NCBI GenBank assembly: GCA_017996625.1
Contig: JAGOGO010000003.1
Coordinates: 1-57,061, forward strand
Source of the DNA: Deltaproteobacteria bacterium
GTDB lineage: Bacteria; Desulfobacterota; WTBG01; JAGOGO01
Length of the DNA stretch: 57,061 nucleotides
Reading direction: 5' to 3'
Part shown: piece after piece, positions 19,048 through 28,999 of the stretch
Numbering within the stretch: position 1 is the first letter of the stretch
How the letters are laid out: each line of letters opens with the position of its first letter
Made by a program: the position numbers and the translations under genes
The notes under the pieces: generated by a model
Databases searched by the model: none
The model's input: only the letters and a program-made list of their open reading frames with translations
What the model was told of the DNA's origin: nothing

Positions 19048-20574
19048 ATGACCATGGGAAAGACCTTCTATGTTACGACTCCGATTTACTATGTAAACGA
19101 TGTTCCCCACATCGGTCATGTGTACACCACTGTTGCGGCGGATTGTGCTGCCCGCTATAAACGTCTTACCGGATATGAGGTGTTGTTTCTGACCGGATCT
19201 GATGAACACGGGCAAAAGGTGGAGAAATCAGCTCAGCAGCTTGGCGAGACACCTATTCAGCTTGCCGATCGGGTAGTAGAGCGATTTCAGAGTCTCTGGC
19301 GCTTGATGAACATTTCCAACGACGATTTCATCCGAACCACTGAAGAGCGGCATACGGGCGCGGTACAGGCTCTTTTTGAGAAGGTGATGAAGCAGGGTGA
19401 TATTTACCTGGGCCACTATGAGGATTGGTATTGCACGCCTTGCGAAACGTTCTGGACTGAAAACCAGCTGGTTGATGGGAAATGTCCGGACTGTCGACGT
19501 GACGTAGAGAAGCTGAAGGAAGCCAGTTATTTTTTCCGGATGTCCAAGTACCAGGGTGAGCTTCTCCGGCATGCGGAGCACAATCCCAGCCTTATCCAGC
19601 CGGAAACACGCAAGAACGAGGTGCTCAGCTTCGTGAAAGAGGGGTTGCGCGACCTGAGCATCAGCCGGACTTCGTTTCAGTGGGGCATACCGGTGCCCGG
19701 AGATCCTGACCACGTAGTGTATGTGTGGATCGATGCGCTCATCAACTATCTTTCCGGAGCAGGCTATCTCAACGATCCGGAGAAGTTCACGAAATTCTGG
19801 CCGGCTGACGTGCACCTGGTTGGAAAGGATATTCTACGGCATCATGCAGTCTACTGGCCCACTTTCCTCATGGCTGCAGGACTCCCTCTGTTCAAGAAGG
19901 TTTTCGCTCACGGCTGGTGGACTAACGAGGGAAAGAAGATGTCCAAGTCGCTGGGAAATTTTATTGAGCCGCTCGCTCTCATTGATACCTACGGAGTCGA
20001 TCAGGTTCGCTACTTCCTTATGCGGGAGGTGCCATTTGGTTTGGATGCGGATTTCTCTCGTCAGGCCATGATCCATCGTATCAACAGCGATCTGGCTAAT
20101 GATCTGGGTAATCTCGTCAATCGCAGTGTGACAATGGCGGTCAAGTATTGTGGCGGAATCGTACCAGCACCGGGAACGGAACATGAACGGCTGAAGGCTC
20201 AAGCGGCTCGGACCTTTGAGAATGTTGAAGCAGCAATGAACGATCTTGCCTTTCAAAAGGCGCTGATCGCGGTATGGGAGCTGGTGGGAGCAGTGAACAA
20301 ATATATCGATGACACCGCACCGTTTACCCTGGCCAAGGACGCATCTAAGCGGGACGAACTTGCCTCGGTGATGTACAATATTCTGGATACGCTTCGGGTG
20401 ATCGCGTTGTTTATTTTTCCCTACATGCCTGCATCAGCAGAGAAAATGTGGGATAGCCTCGGCATGAAGGATCCGATCACTACCAAAGATCTGACCAAGG
20501 ACTACCGTTGGGGCGGACTTCCTGCCGGTGCTCAGCTCAAGCGCATTCCGCCGCTTTTCCCGCGGATTGAATAA
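19048..20574 (+). CDS. metG: Methionyl-tRNA synthetase (short form)
   Basis: HIGH-type motif VPHIGHVYT, KMSKS, and Zn knuckle CTPCETF...CPDCRRD. Confidence 0.95.
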   Translation: MTMGKTFYVTTPIYYVNDVPHIGHVYTTVAADCAARYKRLTGYEVLFLTGSDEHGQKVEKSAQQLGETPIQLADRVVERFQSLWRLMNISNDDFIRTTEERHTGAVQALFEKVMKQGDIYLGHYEDWYCTPCETFWTENQLVDGKCPDCRRDVEKLKEASYFFRMSKYQGELLRHAEHNPSLIQPETRKNEVLSFVKEGLRDLSISRTSFQWGIPVPGDPDHVVYVWIDALINYLSGAGYLNDPEKFTKFWPADVHLVGKDILRHHAVYWPTFLMAAGLPLFKKVFAHGWWTNEGKKMSKSLGNFIEPLALIDTYGVDQVRYFLMREVPFGLDADFSRQAMIHRINSDLANDLGNLVNRSVTMAVKYCGGIVPAPGTEHERLKAQAARTFENVEAAMNDLAFQKALIAVWELVGAVNKYIDDTAPFTLAKDASKRDELASVMYNILDTLRVIALFIFPYMPASAEKMWDSLGMKDPITTKDLTKDYRWGGLPAGAQLKRIPPLFPRIE

Positions 20575-20591
20575 GACGACACGCTGATCAG

Positions 20592-20621
20592 GGGCACGGC
20601 ATGCCGTGCCCTTTTCTTTTT
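20592..20621 (+). terminator. Rho-independent terminator after metG
   Basis: GGGCACGGCATGCCGTGCCC (perfect palindrome) followed by TTTTCTTTTT. Confidence 0.85.
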
Positions 20622-20665
20622 GCGCCCACGTCTCTTTTCAGCCTGTGAGAGCAAGCAGCACTGCA

Positions 20666-21055
20666 TCACGGGGTATCCTGTTCATCTGATTCGCTACCAT
20701 CCTCCTCGTGGTCGAGATGGTCATTCAGGCTAATACAGGTGAAGGCCAGGTGCAGCTCCTGCAGTATTTCACGGGCATGAGGGACCTGGATTTTTTTGAC
20801 CATGATCCGGGCGGGCTCAAAAAACACTCCCAGACCAGCGCATTGCTCTCCTTTTATGAAGTAAGCGATCTGCTCGCTGTCGAACACGCTTCTTATGGTA
20901 ACGATATCTCCCTGATTATACGTTCTAAAAACCTCTTCATACTCGATACATTGGGCTTCTGGGTCCGGGGGGAGCGATTCGATGAGAGGGACTGAGCACT
21001 CAACGCAGAAAAGAAATCCCAGGCGGTATTCCGCTCGACAGTGAGGACAAAACAT
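20666..21055 (-). CDS. Hypothetical protein: N-terminal zinc ribbon plus DUF2007-like domain and an acidic tail
   Basis: CPHCRAEY...CVEC. Strong RBS GGAGGTG 5 nt upstream of the ATG. The DUF2007 assignment is tentative. Confidence 0.6.
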   Translation of the reverse strand: MFCPHCRAEYRLGFLFCVECSVPLIESLPPDPEAQCIEYEEVFRTYNQGDIVTIRSVFDSEQIAYFIKGEQCAGLGVFFEPARIMVKKIQVPHAREILQELHLAFTCISLNDHLDHEEDGSESDEQDTP

Positions 21056-21369
21056 TCGCCACCTCCATCGTTTGCACTGTACAGAAGGTAGTGCGTGTCA
21101 GCATACAGCATATCGCCCATCACCTTACCATTAACGCTGGTGCACTGCAAGGCCAAATTCTCTGTGGTTACGGGTTGGGACGACAGGACAGCACCGGGCA
21201 GGAAGAGAGCTCGGATGCTGGCGTGGCAAGCGGTCATTGACAAAACCTATGTTCCTGTAATACAACATCAATAACTAACATGATCACAAAACGAAGGTTT
21301 TTCACCATGTTCAACCCCGGAAAGATCATCAGCTCACACTGATCGTATCATAGCAAGGAGCGAGAGATC

Positions 21370-22401
21370 GTGGCAAGAAAACGGAGCGCTGGTTTGATCA
21401 TTGCGGTCGTGTTGATCGGGATGATTGTTGTTGTATATTGGAGACAGCACAACCGTAACCAAGCTGATCTCTACTACTCCGGAACGATCGAAGCAACTGA
21501 AGCGGAACTCTCTTTCCAGGCTGCCGGCCGCGTGGCCAGAGTATATGTGGATGACGGGTACCAAGTCGATAAGGGCCAGATTATGGCTGAACTCGATCGA
21601 TCTGAATATCAGGCGCGGCGCGATGAAGCACAGGCAGGCCTGGAAAAAGCTGTTACTTCGTTGCAGGAGCTGGAAGTTCAGCTGCAGATTTTTCGGGAAA
21701 CGCTGCCGGCGGAGGTGGAACGGGCCCAGGCAAACGTGGCCAGCGCCAGAGATGCTCTAAAGCAGGCGCAGAGAGATAAAGAGCGTTATGACAGTCTGGT
21801 CGACCAAGGGCTGGTTTCCCGGCAGGCCTGGGATCAAGTAACGCTGCAGTATGACACTGCTCGGGCTCGTCTTGCAGAAAGTGCCGCTGTACTGGATCAG
21901 GCGCAAAGCAATCTTAAAAAAATTGCAGCCATCGAGCGGGAAATCGAAGCGGCGAGGGCCCAAATCCGGGTTGCCCGAGCCACCCTCGACGTGGCCACGA
22001 TCCAGCTTGGTTATGCGATCCTGCGGGCCCCCTTTAGCGGGATCATTACAGTCCGCCGGGTAGAGCCGGGTGAGGTCGTCTCCCCTGGTGAGAGCGTATT
22101 CAGCCTCGCTGATCTCTCGACCGTGGAGTTGAAGATTTTTGTTCCGGAAACCGATCTTGGTCTGGTCAAGCCGGGACAGCCGGTCGAAGTGCGAACCGAC
22201 ACCTTTCCTAACACCGTCTACCATGGCCAGGTTGGATACATTTCTCCGGAAGGCGAATTTACTCCCAAGATCATCCAGACGCACAAGGAGCGCGTGAAAC
22301 TGGTGTACCTGGTAAAGGTGATCATTCCCAATCCCTCCCTGGAGCTCAAAACCGGCATGCCTGCAGATGCCTGGCTGGCTGAGCTCCCCGATGAATCATG
22401 A
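21370..22401 (+). CDS. HlyD-family membrane fusion protein (YbhG-like)
   Basis: N-terminal TM anchor, a long coiled-coil hairpin and a beta-barrel C-terminus (ILRAPFSGII, LKTGMPADAW). GTG start with AAGGAG. ATGA overlap with the next gene. Confidence 0.88.
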   Translation: MARKRSAGLIIAVVLIGMIVVVYWRQHNRNQADLYYSGTIEATEAELSFQAAGRVARVYVDDGYQVDKGQIMAELDRSEYQARRDEAQAGLEKAVTSLQELEVQLQIFRETLPAEVERAQANVASARDALKQAQRDKERYDSLVDQGLVSRQAWDQVTLQYDTARARLAESAAVLDQAQSNLKKIAAIEREIEAARAQIRVARATLDVATIQLGYAILRAPFSGIITVRRVEPGEVVSPGESVFSLADLSTVELKIFVPETDLGLVKPGQPVEVRTDTFPNTVYHGQVGYISPEGEFTPKIIQTHKERVKLVYLVKVIIPNPSLELKTGMPADAWLAELPDES

Positions 22402-23192
22402 ACATATCTGCTGGCGGTGAGCCTGCGCCCAGCATTCAGTATGACACCGTGTCGGTGCACTTTGGGCCGGTTGAGGCGGTTCACGCGGTTTCCCTTTCCG
22501 TCGACTCAGGAGAGCTGTTTGGTATCGTGGGATCGGACGGAGCCGGAAAGTCCAGCCTCCTCCGTACGGCGGCAACGCTGGTTCCACCCTCCTCTGGCAG
22601 TGTTCGCGTGCACGGCGTTGACGTGATGAGCCACCGCAGTAAGATAAAAACCATGATTGGGTATATGCCTCAGGGGTTTGGTCTCTATCATGATCTCACT
22701 GTTCGCGAAACGATGGAATTCTTCCTTGACATCTACGGTATTCTCGGACCGGAACGCCAGAAGCGGATGACCCGGTATCTCGACTTTTCCAATCTGCTGC
22801 CGTTTCTCGACCGCCTGGCCGGGAACCTTTCCGGCGGAATGAAACAGAAGCTCGGACTTGCCTGTGTGCTGGTTCATGAGCCGGCAGTGCTGATTCTCGA
22901 CGAACCTACTAACGGAGTTGACCCGATCTCACGGCAAGAGTTCTGGGATATGTTGATTCAGATGCGCAATAAAGGCATGACCATCCTGATCTCCACGGCA
23001 TACCTCGATGAAGGCGAACAATGCGACCGGCTGGCGCTCATGCACCGAGGTCAGGTGCTGATCAGCGGGACGCCGCTTCAGATCCGCGCTTCCAGTCCGA
23101 GCCTTGAAGAAGCGGTCATTCAGCGGATCAAGGAGGTGGACCACGGACTCGATGATGAAACGTTCTCATGGGGAGGTATACCAGGTGCCTGA
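22398..23192 (+). CDS. ABC transporter ATP-binding protein (first ATPase)
   Basis: Walker A GSDGAGKSS, signature LSGGMKQKL, Walker B LILDEP. Confidence 0.9.
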   Translation: MNISAGGEPAPSIQYDTVSVHFGPVEAVHAVSLSVDSGELFGIVGSDGAGKSSLLRTAATLVPPSSGSVRVHGVDVMSHRSKIKTMIGYMPQGFGLYHDLTVRETMEFFLDIYGILGPERQKRMTRYLDFSNLLPFLDRLAGNLSGGMKQKLGLACVLVHEPAVLILDEPTNGVDPISRQEFWDMLIQMRNKGMTILISTAYLDEGEQCDRLALMHRGQVLISGTPLQIRASSPSLEEAVIQRIKEVDHGLDDETFSWGGIPGA

Positions 23193-23931
23193 GGATGTCG
23201 TTGCTGTCAGGGAACTCGAAAAACGATTCGGGGCCTTTGTTGCAGTGAACAGGATTACCTTCAGCGTGAAGCGGGGAGAGATCTTCGGGCTCCTGGGGCC
23301 TAATGGTGCGGGCAAGTCCACAACGATTCGCATGCTTTGCGGTATTATTGCGCCTACCGCCGGATTCGGCCAGGTAGCCGGACACGATGTGTTTACTGAG
23401 TCGGAGGAGATTAAAAAGACTATCGGATACATGTCTCAGAAGTTCTCTCTCTATGGTGATCTCACTCCCTACGAGAACATTCGATTCTACCTGGGCGTGT
23501 ACGAAGTCCCCCCAGGGCTCTGGAAAGAGCGCATCGAGTGGATTCTAACGCTTACCCGCCTGCAGCATGTCCGGAACCGTTTCGCCAGCGAACTGCCTCC
23601 AGGGTGGCGGCAGCGCCTTGCTCTGGGCTGTGCCTTGCTGCACAAGCCGGAGCTTCTTTTCCTCGATGAGCCCACCTCCGGAGTTGACCCGCTCACGCGG
23701 CGGCGCTTTTGGGATTTTATTCATCATCTGAGCAACCAGGGGATGACGGTGTTTGTCACCACTCACTACATGGATGAAGCGGAGCAGTGCGGCCGCGTGA
23801 TTCTGATCGATGCTGGCCGTATTGTCGCCGAGGGTACACCGGCTTCCATTATCGCTGATGCCTGTCCGAATCTGCCAGAGGCGGATCTGAACGATGCATT
23901 TATTTATCTTATGAGGCGTGAGACGCAATGA
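23185..23931 (+). CDS. ABC transporter ATP-binding protein (second ATPase)
   Basis: Walker A GPNGAGKST, a degenerate signature LPPGWRQRL, Walker B LFLDEP. GTG 23185 gives an 8-nt overlap. An earlier in-frame ATG at 23152 is possible. Confidence 0.85.
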   Translation: MPEDVVAVRELEKRFGAFVAVNRITFSVKRGEIFGLLGPNGAGKSTTIRMLCGIIAPTAGFGQVAGHDVFTESEEIKKTIGYMSQKFSLYGDLTPYENIRFYLGVYEVPPGLWKERIEWILTLTRLQHVRNRFASELPPGWRQRLALGCALLHKPELLFLDEPTSGVDPLTRRRFWDFIHHLSNQGMTVFVTTHYMDEAEQCGRVILIDAGRIVAEGTPASIIADACPNLPEADLNDAFIYLMRRETQ

Positions 23932-25061
23932 CCCTAAGGAAGGTGAACGCGATTGCACGCAAAGAGCTGCGTCATCTCCTTCGTGATTTCCGAAGCCTGT
24001 ACCTGGCATTCGTGCTGCCACTGGCCTTGATACTGCTCTTCGGATATGCGCTCAGTCTTGACGTTGATAACATTGCAGCGGTGGTTGTGGATCATGACAG
24101 CACCCTGTCCAGCCGCGCCCTGATTGATTCTCTGGACGCATCGGCATACTTTCAGGTTAATCATCATGTGCCTACGGTCGAAGCTGCTGTCGCATATCTG
24201 GATCGAGGCGACGCACTCATGGCAATAGTGATACCGCCAGGCTTTGCTCGAGACCTCAACGCAGATCGCGACGCACCGGTGCAGATCCTGATCGACGGCA
24301 GCGATCCGAACTATGCTACACTCTCCCGCGGGTACGTGACCGGCTTTTTCATGGAATACAATCGAGAGCAGCTCCGCACTTTTTTTGAACGCCGAGGGTT
24401 GTCCCCGATCCAGCCGCCGCTCGACCCCCGCGTCAGGGTGTGGTTCAATGAAGATCTGGAAAGTCGCAATTTTATTGTGCCGGGGATCATCGCAGTCATT
24501 ATTATGATTGTCGGCGCCATTCTTACTTCTCTGGTCATCGCCCGGGAGTATGAAAACGGAACAATGCAGACCCTGCTAACCCTTCCGATTACAGCAGCGG
24601 AGTTGCTGGTGGGGAAAGCCATACCCTATTTCTGTATCGGGTTGATTGATATTCTTATTGCTGTGCTGATGGGAAAGATGCTGTTCGGGATAGTACTTAA
24701 GCAGAGTTTTTGGCTGCTGGCGCTGTCCTCCTGCCTCTATCTGCTGGTGGCTTTGAATCTGGGACTTTTCATTTCCATAGCGACCAAGTCGCAGCTGGCG
24801 GCAAACCAGATGGCAGTGCTCACGACCTATTTGCCGTCACTCCTGCTTTCGGATTTTGTTTTTCCAGTACATACGATGCCGGTAATATTGCAGTGGCTTT
24901 CCCGGATTGTTCCCGCCACCTACTTTATCGATATTCTCAATGCTCTGTACCTGCGCGGAATGGGGATAAACGCGGTATGGCCGGATATCCTCATACTTGC
25001 GAGTATCTTCGTGCTGCTTGCCGGCGTAAACGTGCGCGGACTACGCCAGGAGGGAATGTAG
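23928..25061 (+). CDS. ABC-2 type permease (YbhS/YbhR-like)
   Basis: N-terminal TM, a large periplasmic loop, then five TM segments, with the ABC-2 pattern (REYENGTMQTL). Confidence 0.88.
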   Translation: MTLRKVNAIARKELRHLLRDFRSLYLAFVLPLALILLFGYALSLDVDNIAAVVVDHDSTLSSRALIDSLDASAYFQVNHHVPTVEAAVAYLDRGDALMAIVIPPGFARDLNADRDAPVQILIDGSDPNYATLSRGYVTGFFMEYNREQLRTFFERRGLSPIQPPLDPRVRVWFNEDLESRNFIVPGIIAVIIMIVGAILTSLVIAREYENGTMQTLLTLPITAAELLVGKAIPYFCIGLIDILIAVLMGKMLFGIVLKQSFWLLALSSCLYLLVALNLGLFISIATKSQLAANQMAVLTTYLPSLLLSDFVFPVHTMPVILQWLSRIVPATYFIDILNALYLRGMGINAVWPDILILASIFVLLAGVNVRGLRQEGM

Positions 25062-25062
25062 C

Positions 25063-26184
25063 GTGCACTGGATCAGGATTAGAGAATTGGTGCGCAAAGA
25101 GTTTATTCAGCTTTTTCGGGACCGCAGAACCCGTTCGCTGCTGGTCATTGCTCCGGTTATTCAGCTCCTTGTCTTTGGCTATGTCGTCAGCACAGAGGTG
25201 CGTGACGTCCGGGTTGCTTTCCTCGATCAGGCACATACCCGTGAGAGCCGGATGGTCTTTGACGGGTTCGATGCTAATGAGACCTTCCGGATCACCCACA
25301 TCGTGGATACTGAGCAGGAGCTTGAATCTCTGCTCCTCAATCGCACGGTAGATCTCACGGTGCAGATTCCTTCTCGCTTCAGCGAGCAGATTAACCAGAG
25401 CGGCTCTGCGGCGCTTCAGATCATTGCTGACGGCAGTGCGAGTAATATGGCATCGGTGCGCATCGCGTATGCATCGCTGGTCGTGGAAAGGATTAATCAG
25501 CTTCTCCTCGATGAACGCTATTCTCAGTCTCTTCAGTATGGAAGAATCGATGATCGGATCCGAACCTGGTACAACCCGAATCTGGACAGCCGTGATTTTT
25601 TCATTCCCGGCGTCGTGGCGTTTCTCATTATGCTGACTACGCTCCTGTTCACATCCATGGCGATTATTCGGGAGCGAGAAACAGGAACACTGGAGCAGCT
25701 CATTGTAACGCCGGTCAGGCCGTTTGAACTTATCCTGGGAAAAACCGTTCCTTATGGTATTATTGCCGTGGTCCAGATGATCCTGGTTACCACATTGGCG
25801 GTATTCTGGTTTTCCGTACCTTTCAAGGGAGACATCTGGCTTCTTTTTGCCGGCACCTGTCTATTTCTCCTGAGCACGGTGGGAACGGGCCTTTTCATTT
25901 CTACCGTATCAGCTACTCAGCAGCAGGCGATGATGACGACGTTCTTCTTCATGCTGCCGTTTTTTCTCTTGGGCGGCTTGGTCTTTCCCATCGTAAGCAT
26001 GCCGGAGACGGTACAGTGGCTTACCCTGGTAATACCGCTCAGGTACTTTTTGATAATCATTCGCGGACTGTTTCTTAAAGGAGTGGGTTTCGCTGTCCTC
26101 TGGCCGCAGTATGTGGCCTTACTGGTACTCGGAATCACACTCCTGGTGGGAGCAATCACCCGATTTCGGAAGCGAATGGATTGA
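25063..26184 (+). CDS. ABC-2 type permease (YbhS/YbhR-like), paralog
   Basis: Same architecture as the upstream permease (RERETGTLEQL); GTG start 2 nt after the upstream stop. Confidence 0.88.
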   Translation: MHWIRIRELVRKEFIQLFRDRRTRSLLVIAPVIQLLVFGYVVSTEVRDVRVAFLDQAHTRESRMVFDGFDANETFRITHIVDTEQELESLLLNRTVDLTVQIPSRFSEQINQSGSAALQIIADGSASNMASVRIAYASLVVERINQLLLDERYSQSLQYGRIDDRIRTWYNPNLDSRDFFIPGVVAFLIMLTTLLFTSMAIIRERETGTLEQLIVTPVRPFELILGKTVPYGIIAVVQMILVTTLAVFWFSVPFKGDIWLLFAGTCLFLLSTVGTGLFISTVSATQQQAMMTTFFFMLPFFLLGGLVFPIVSMPETVQWLTLVIPLRYFLIIIRGLFLKGVGFAVLWPQYVALLVLGITLLVGAITRFRKRMD

Positions 26185-26255
26185 GGCTGGAGAATGGTTG
26201 AATTGAGGAATGGTTAAGTATACACCATTTAACCACTTATCCATTTGACCAATTC
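26176..26255. repeat. Word-repeat tract (AATGGTT/AACCATT words) with central hairpin
   Basis: GAATGGATTGAGG..GAGAATGGTTGAATTGAGGAATGGTTAAGTATACACCATTTAACCAC..CCATTTGACCAATTC; GGTTAA-N11-TTAACC stem at 26213-26235. Confidence 0.55.
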
Positions 26256-26275
26256 ATGAAGAAGGAGAAAGCGCC

Positions 26276-26655
26276 ATGACCAAGAAAACGTTTGGACCCC
26301 AGACGTGGCTTTATCCCATGCCGGCAGTACTGGCAGGGGTGACCATTGGCGATACAGCAAATTTTATGACTGCTGCATGGTGCGGTATTGTCGCTTTCAA
26401 GCCGCCGACACTGGTGGTAGGAATCCGCCGCAGCCGCCATACCTATCAGGGCATGCACCAGGAGTTCTCTATTAACATTCCTTCAACCGGCATGGTTAAG
26501 GAAGTCGACTATTGTGGTATTATCTCAGGCAAGGACGTGGATAAGTCCAAGCTGTTCACTATCTCCCTTATATCTTCACGCTCCCTGACGGAAGTTACTG
26601 GAGCATGGGCGAGTTCATTGCCAAAGCCTTTCAGATAGGAAAACAGAAGCAATGA
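26276..26655 (+). pseudogene. Flavin reductase-like (flavoredoxin family) gene with an internal deletion and frameshift
   Basis: The N-terminal part (PMPAVLAGV...NFMTAAWCGIV...DYCGIISGKDVDKSKLFT) is in one frame. The family-typical C-terminus PYIFTLPDGSYWSMGEFIAKAFQIGKQKQ* is in a different frame ending at 26655. The total is about 125 codons, against about 190 for intact homologs. Confidence 0.7.
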
Positions 26656-26720
26656 GGAACACCGGCCGGAGCGGACGGTGAATTTTTTATCAATTCAAGA
26701 CACGGAAAGAGGTTGTACCA

Positions 26721-27374
26721 ATGGTAGAGCGGCAGTATCTTGTGGATGCTATGACTATTAATGAGCCATGGCGACTTTTCAAAATTATGGCAGAGTTTGT
26801 CGACGGATTTGAGAAGCTTTCGGACAGCTATCCCTGTGTATCAATTTTCGGTTCGGCACGGCTCAAGCCAGGTGATGGTGTCTATGAAAAGACGGTAGAG
26901 ATCGCGCGCAAGCTGGCAGAGCAAGGATACCATATCATTACCGGCGGCGGGCCCGGGGTCATGGAGGCGGGCAACAAAGGCGCAAAGGAAGGCGGAGGGA
27001 AATCGATCGGCCTGAACATCCATCTGCCGATGGAGCAGGCCGTAAATCCTTATGTGGGAGTCAACCTCGAGTTTCAGTACTTTTTTGTCCGCAAGGTGAT
27101 GTTTATCAAGTACGCGCAGGCCTACATCGGTATGCCCGGAGGCTTTGGTACGCTGGATGAAATCTTCGAAGCACTCACCTTGATTCAAACAAACCGCATC
27201 CGGCCATTCCCGGTGATTCTGGTAGGTCGCGAATACTGGGGGTCATTGTGGAATTGGATACGAGAAAGCATGCTCAAACACAAATTTGTTTACCAGGAAG
27301 ACCTGGAGCTGGCGACAATTGTGGATGAGCCTGATGAAGTAGTGCGGATTATCAAGAAGACGGTGGTTATTTAG
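26721..27374 (+). CDS. LOG-family (TIGR00730) nucleotide phosphoribohydrolase
   Basis: GGGPGVMEAGNKGA and PGGFGTLDEIFEALTLIQT motifs. Confidence 0.88.
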   Translation: MVERQYLVDAMTINEPWRLFKIMAEFVDGFEKLSDSYPCVSIFGSARLKPGDGVYEKTVEIARKLAEQGYHIITGGGPGVMEAGNKGAKEGGGKSIGLNIHLPMEQAVNPYVGVNLEFQYFFVRKVMFIKYAQAYIGMPGGFGTLDEIFEALTLIQTNRIRPFPVILVGREYWGSLWNWIRESMLKHKFVYQEDLELATIVDEPDEVVRIIKKTVVI

Positions 27375-27446
27375 GGGCTTACCATTGTCCGTTCACCGCT
27401 CACCGACAGGGTAAGCGAGATACCCGGGTAAGGCGAGGGCGACTTG

Positions 27447-28841
27447 TTACGGGAACTCGAAGCGTTCTCCAAATTGGGGAATAGTGACCTCCCAGCCAAA
27501 GGTGCTGCGAATCTTTTGCGCCAGAGATGCCGCTGCTTCTGGCTCTCCGTGCACGATAAAGGTTCTGAGGGGAGGACGATTGAAACCCATAAGCCAAGCA
27601 AGTATCTCACTATAGTCGGCATGCGCCGAGAAGCCCGAGAAATTTTCAATCCTTGCATTGATGGGGATGCGCTGTCCGTGAATTTTGACGGTTCGCTCTC
27701 GCCTGTCCAGAATAGTCCTTCCTCGAGTTCCTTCTCCCTGGAAACCGATAAACAGCACAGTATCTTTTGCATTCGGCAACCGGTATTCAAGATGATGAAG
27801 AATGCGGCCGCCTTCCACCATGCCGCTGGCAGATATGATAATCGCCCGGGAGGCGATTCGGTTGAGCGCTTTCGACTGCTCCCGATCTTCACAGTAGGTG
27901 ATGGATCGGGTCTTAAAGATGCTGGTGCCGGTCATTTCCAGCAGACGAGCCCGCATACTGTAATCGGCTACTCTTTTTTCCGATATGCGCGTAGCCTCAA
28001 TGGCCATGGGAGAGTCCACGTAGATGGGAACAGCGGGAATTTTTCCGGCTTCCTCCAGCTCACGGATACAGAAAAGAAGCTCCTGAGTCCGGCCGACGGC
28101 AAATGAGGGAACAACCAAAACGCCGCCGCGATCCATACTCTCATTGATGATCCGGGCCAGATTTGCGGAGGGATTCCCGTCATCGTGAAGCCGGTTGCCA
28201 TAGGTTGATTCGATAATCAGGTAATCGACTTCAAAGACCTGCACCGGTTCGCGCAGGAAAAGGCTGGCGGGGCGGCCCAGGTCCCCGCTGAAGAGCAGGC
28301 GGCGGGTGGCGTTCTTTCTGCTGATCTTTATATCGACAAAGGATGAACCGAGAATGTGTCCGGCGTCTTTGAACTTCACCCGGACTTCACCATTGAGAGC
28401 CAGGTCTCGCCCATAGAAAAAAGATTTGAAGTGAGCAAGAGATCGTTCAGCGTCCTCCATGGTATAAAGGGGAAGGGCAGGGTGGTGCTTGGAGTAGCCT
28501 TTCTTATTAGCCCAGTAAGCATCTTCTTCCTGCAGCCGGGCGCTGTCGCGGAGCATGATCCCGCACAGGTCGGCTGTGGCCGGAGTGCAGTGAATAGCGC
28601 CTCTGAATCCTTCGCGGCAGAAGCGAGGAAGATACCCGGTATGATCGAGATGAGCGTGGGTGAGAAAGACATCGCTTATCTCGGATGGCGGTATCGGAAA
28701 AGGATCCCAGTTTTTGAGTCGGTGTTCCTTTAAGCCCTGAAAGAGACCACAGTCAACCAGCAGTTTCATACCGCCGGTTTCCAGTAGAAATCGTGAACCA
28801 GTAACTGTACCCGTAGCGCCAAGAAAAGTGAGATGCTGCAT
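27447..28841 (-). CDS. MBL-fold beta-CASP family RNA-metabolising hydrolase
   Basis: MQHLTFLGATGTVTGSRF, THAHLDHTGYLP, and beta-CASP motifs (ESTYG, SGFSAHAD, VHGE). Start moved to ATG 28841. Confidence 0.85.
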   Translation of the reverse strand: MQHLTFLGATGTVTGSRFLLETGGMKLLVDCGLFQGLKEHRLKNWDPFPIPPSEISDVFLTHAHLDHTGYLPRFCREGFRGAIHCTPATADLCGIMLRDSARLQEEDAYWANKKGYSKHHPALPLYTMEDAERSLAHFKSFFYGRDLALNGEVRVKFKDAGHILGSSFVDIKISRKNATRRLLFSGDLGRPASLFLREPVQVFEVDYLIIESTYGNRLHDDGNPSANLARIINESMDRGGVLVVPSFAVGRTQELLFCIRELEEAGKIPAVPIYVDSPMAIEATRISEKRVADYSMRARLLEMTGTSIFKTRSITYCEDREQSKALNRIASRAIIISASGMVEGGRILHHLEYRLPNAKDTVLFIGFQGEGTRGRTILDRRERTVKIHGQRIPINARIENFSGFSAHADYSEILAWLMGFNRPPLRTFIVHGEPEAAASLAQKIRSTFGWEVTIPQFGERFEFP

Positions 28842-28999
28842 GCTTTCTCCCGAGGAATGATAATACCACCTCAGGAATCTACATGGACTGCAGGAAGAAA
28901 GCAAGCGTTTTATTCACCATCGAAGGCTGACCACCATCACAATGGTGTAGCCCCGGACTAGAAGAGCTTTTCTTGTGACCCTGATTTCCTCAATGATGA

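Noticed and set aside
20893-21243. 116-aa minus-strand ORF overlapping the start of the 20666-21055 gene
   Set aside because: It overlaps 160 nt of a gene that has a strong GGAGGTG RBS. It shows no motif and no RBS of its own. It could be a remnant of an upstream gene, but that is not supportable.
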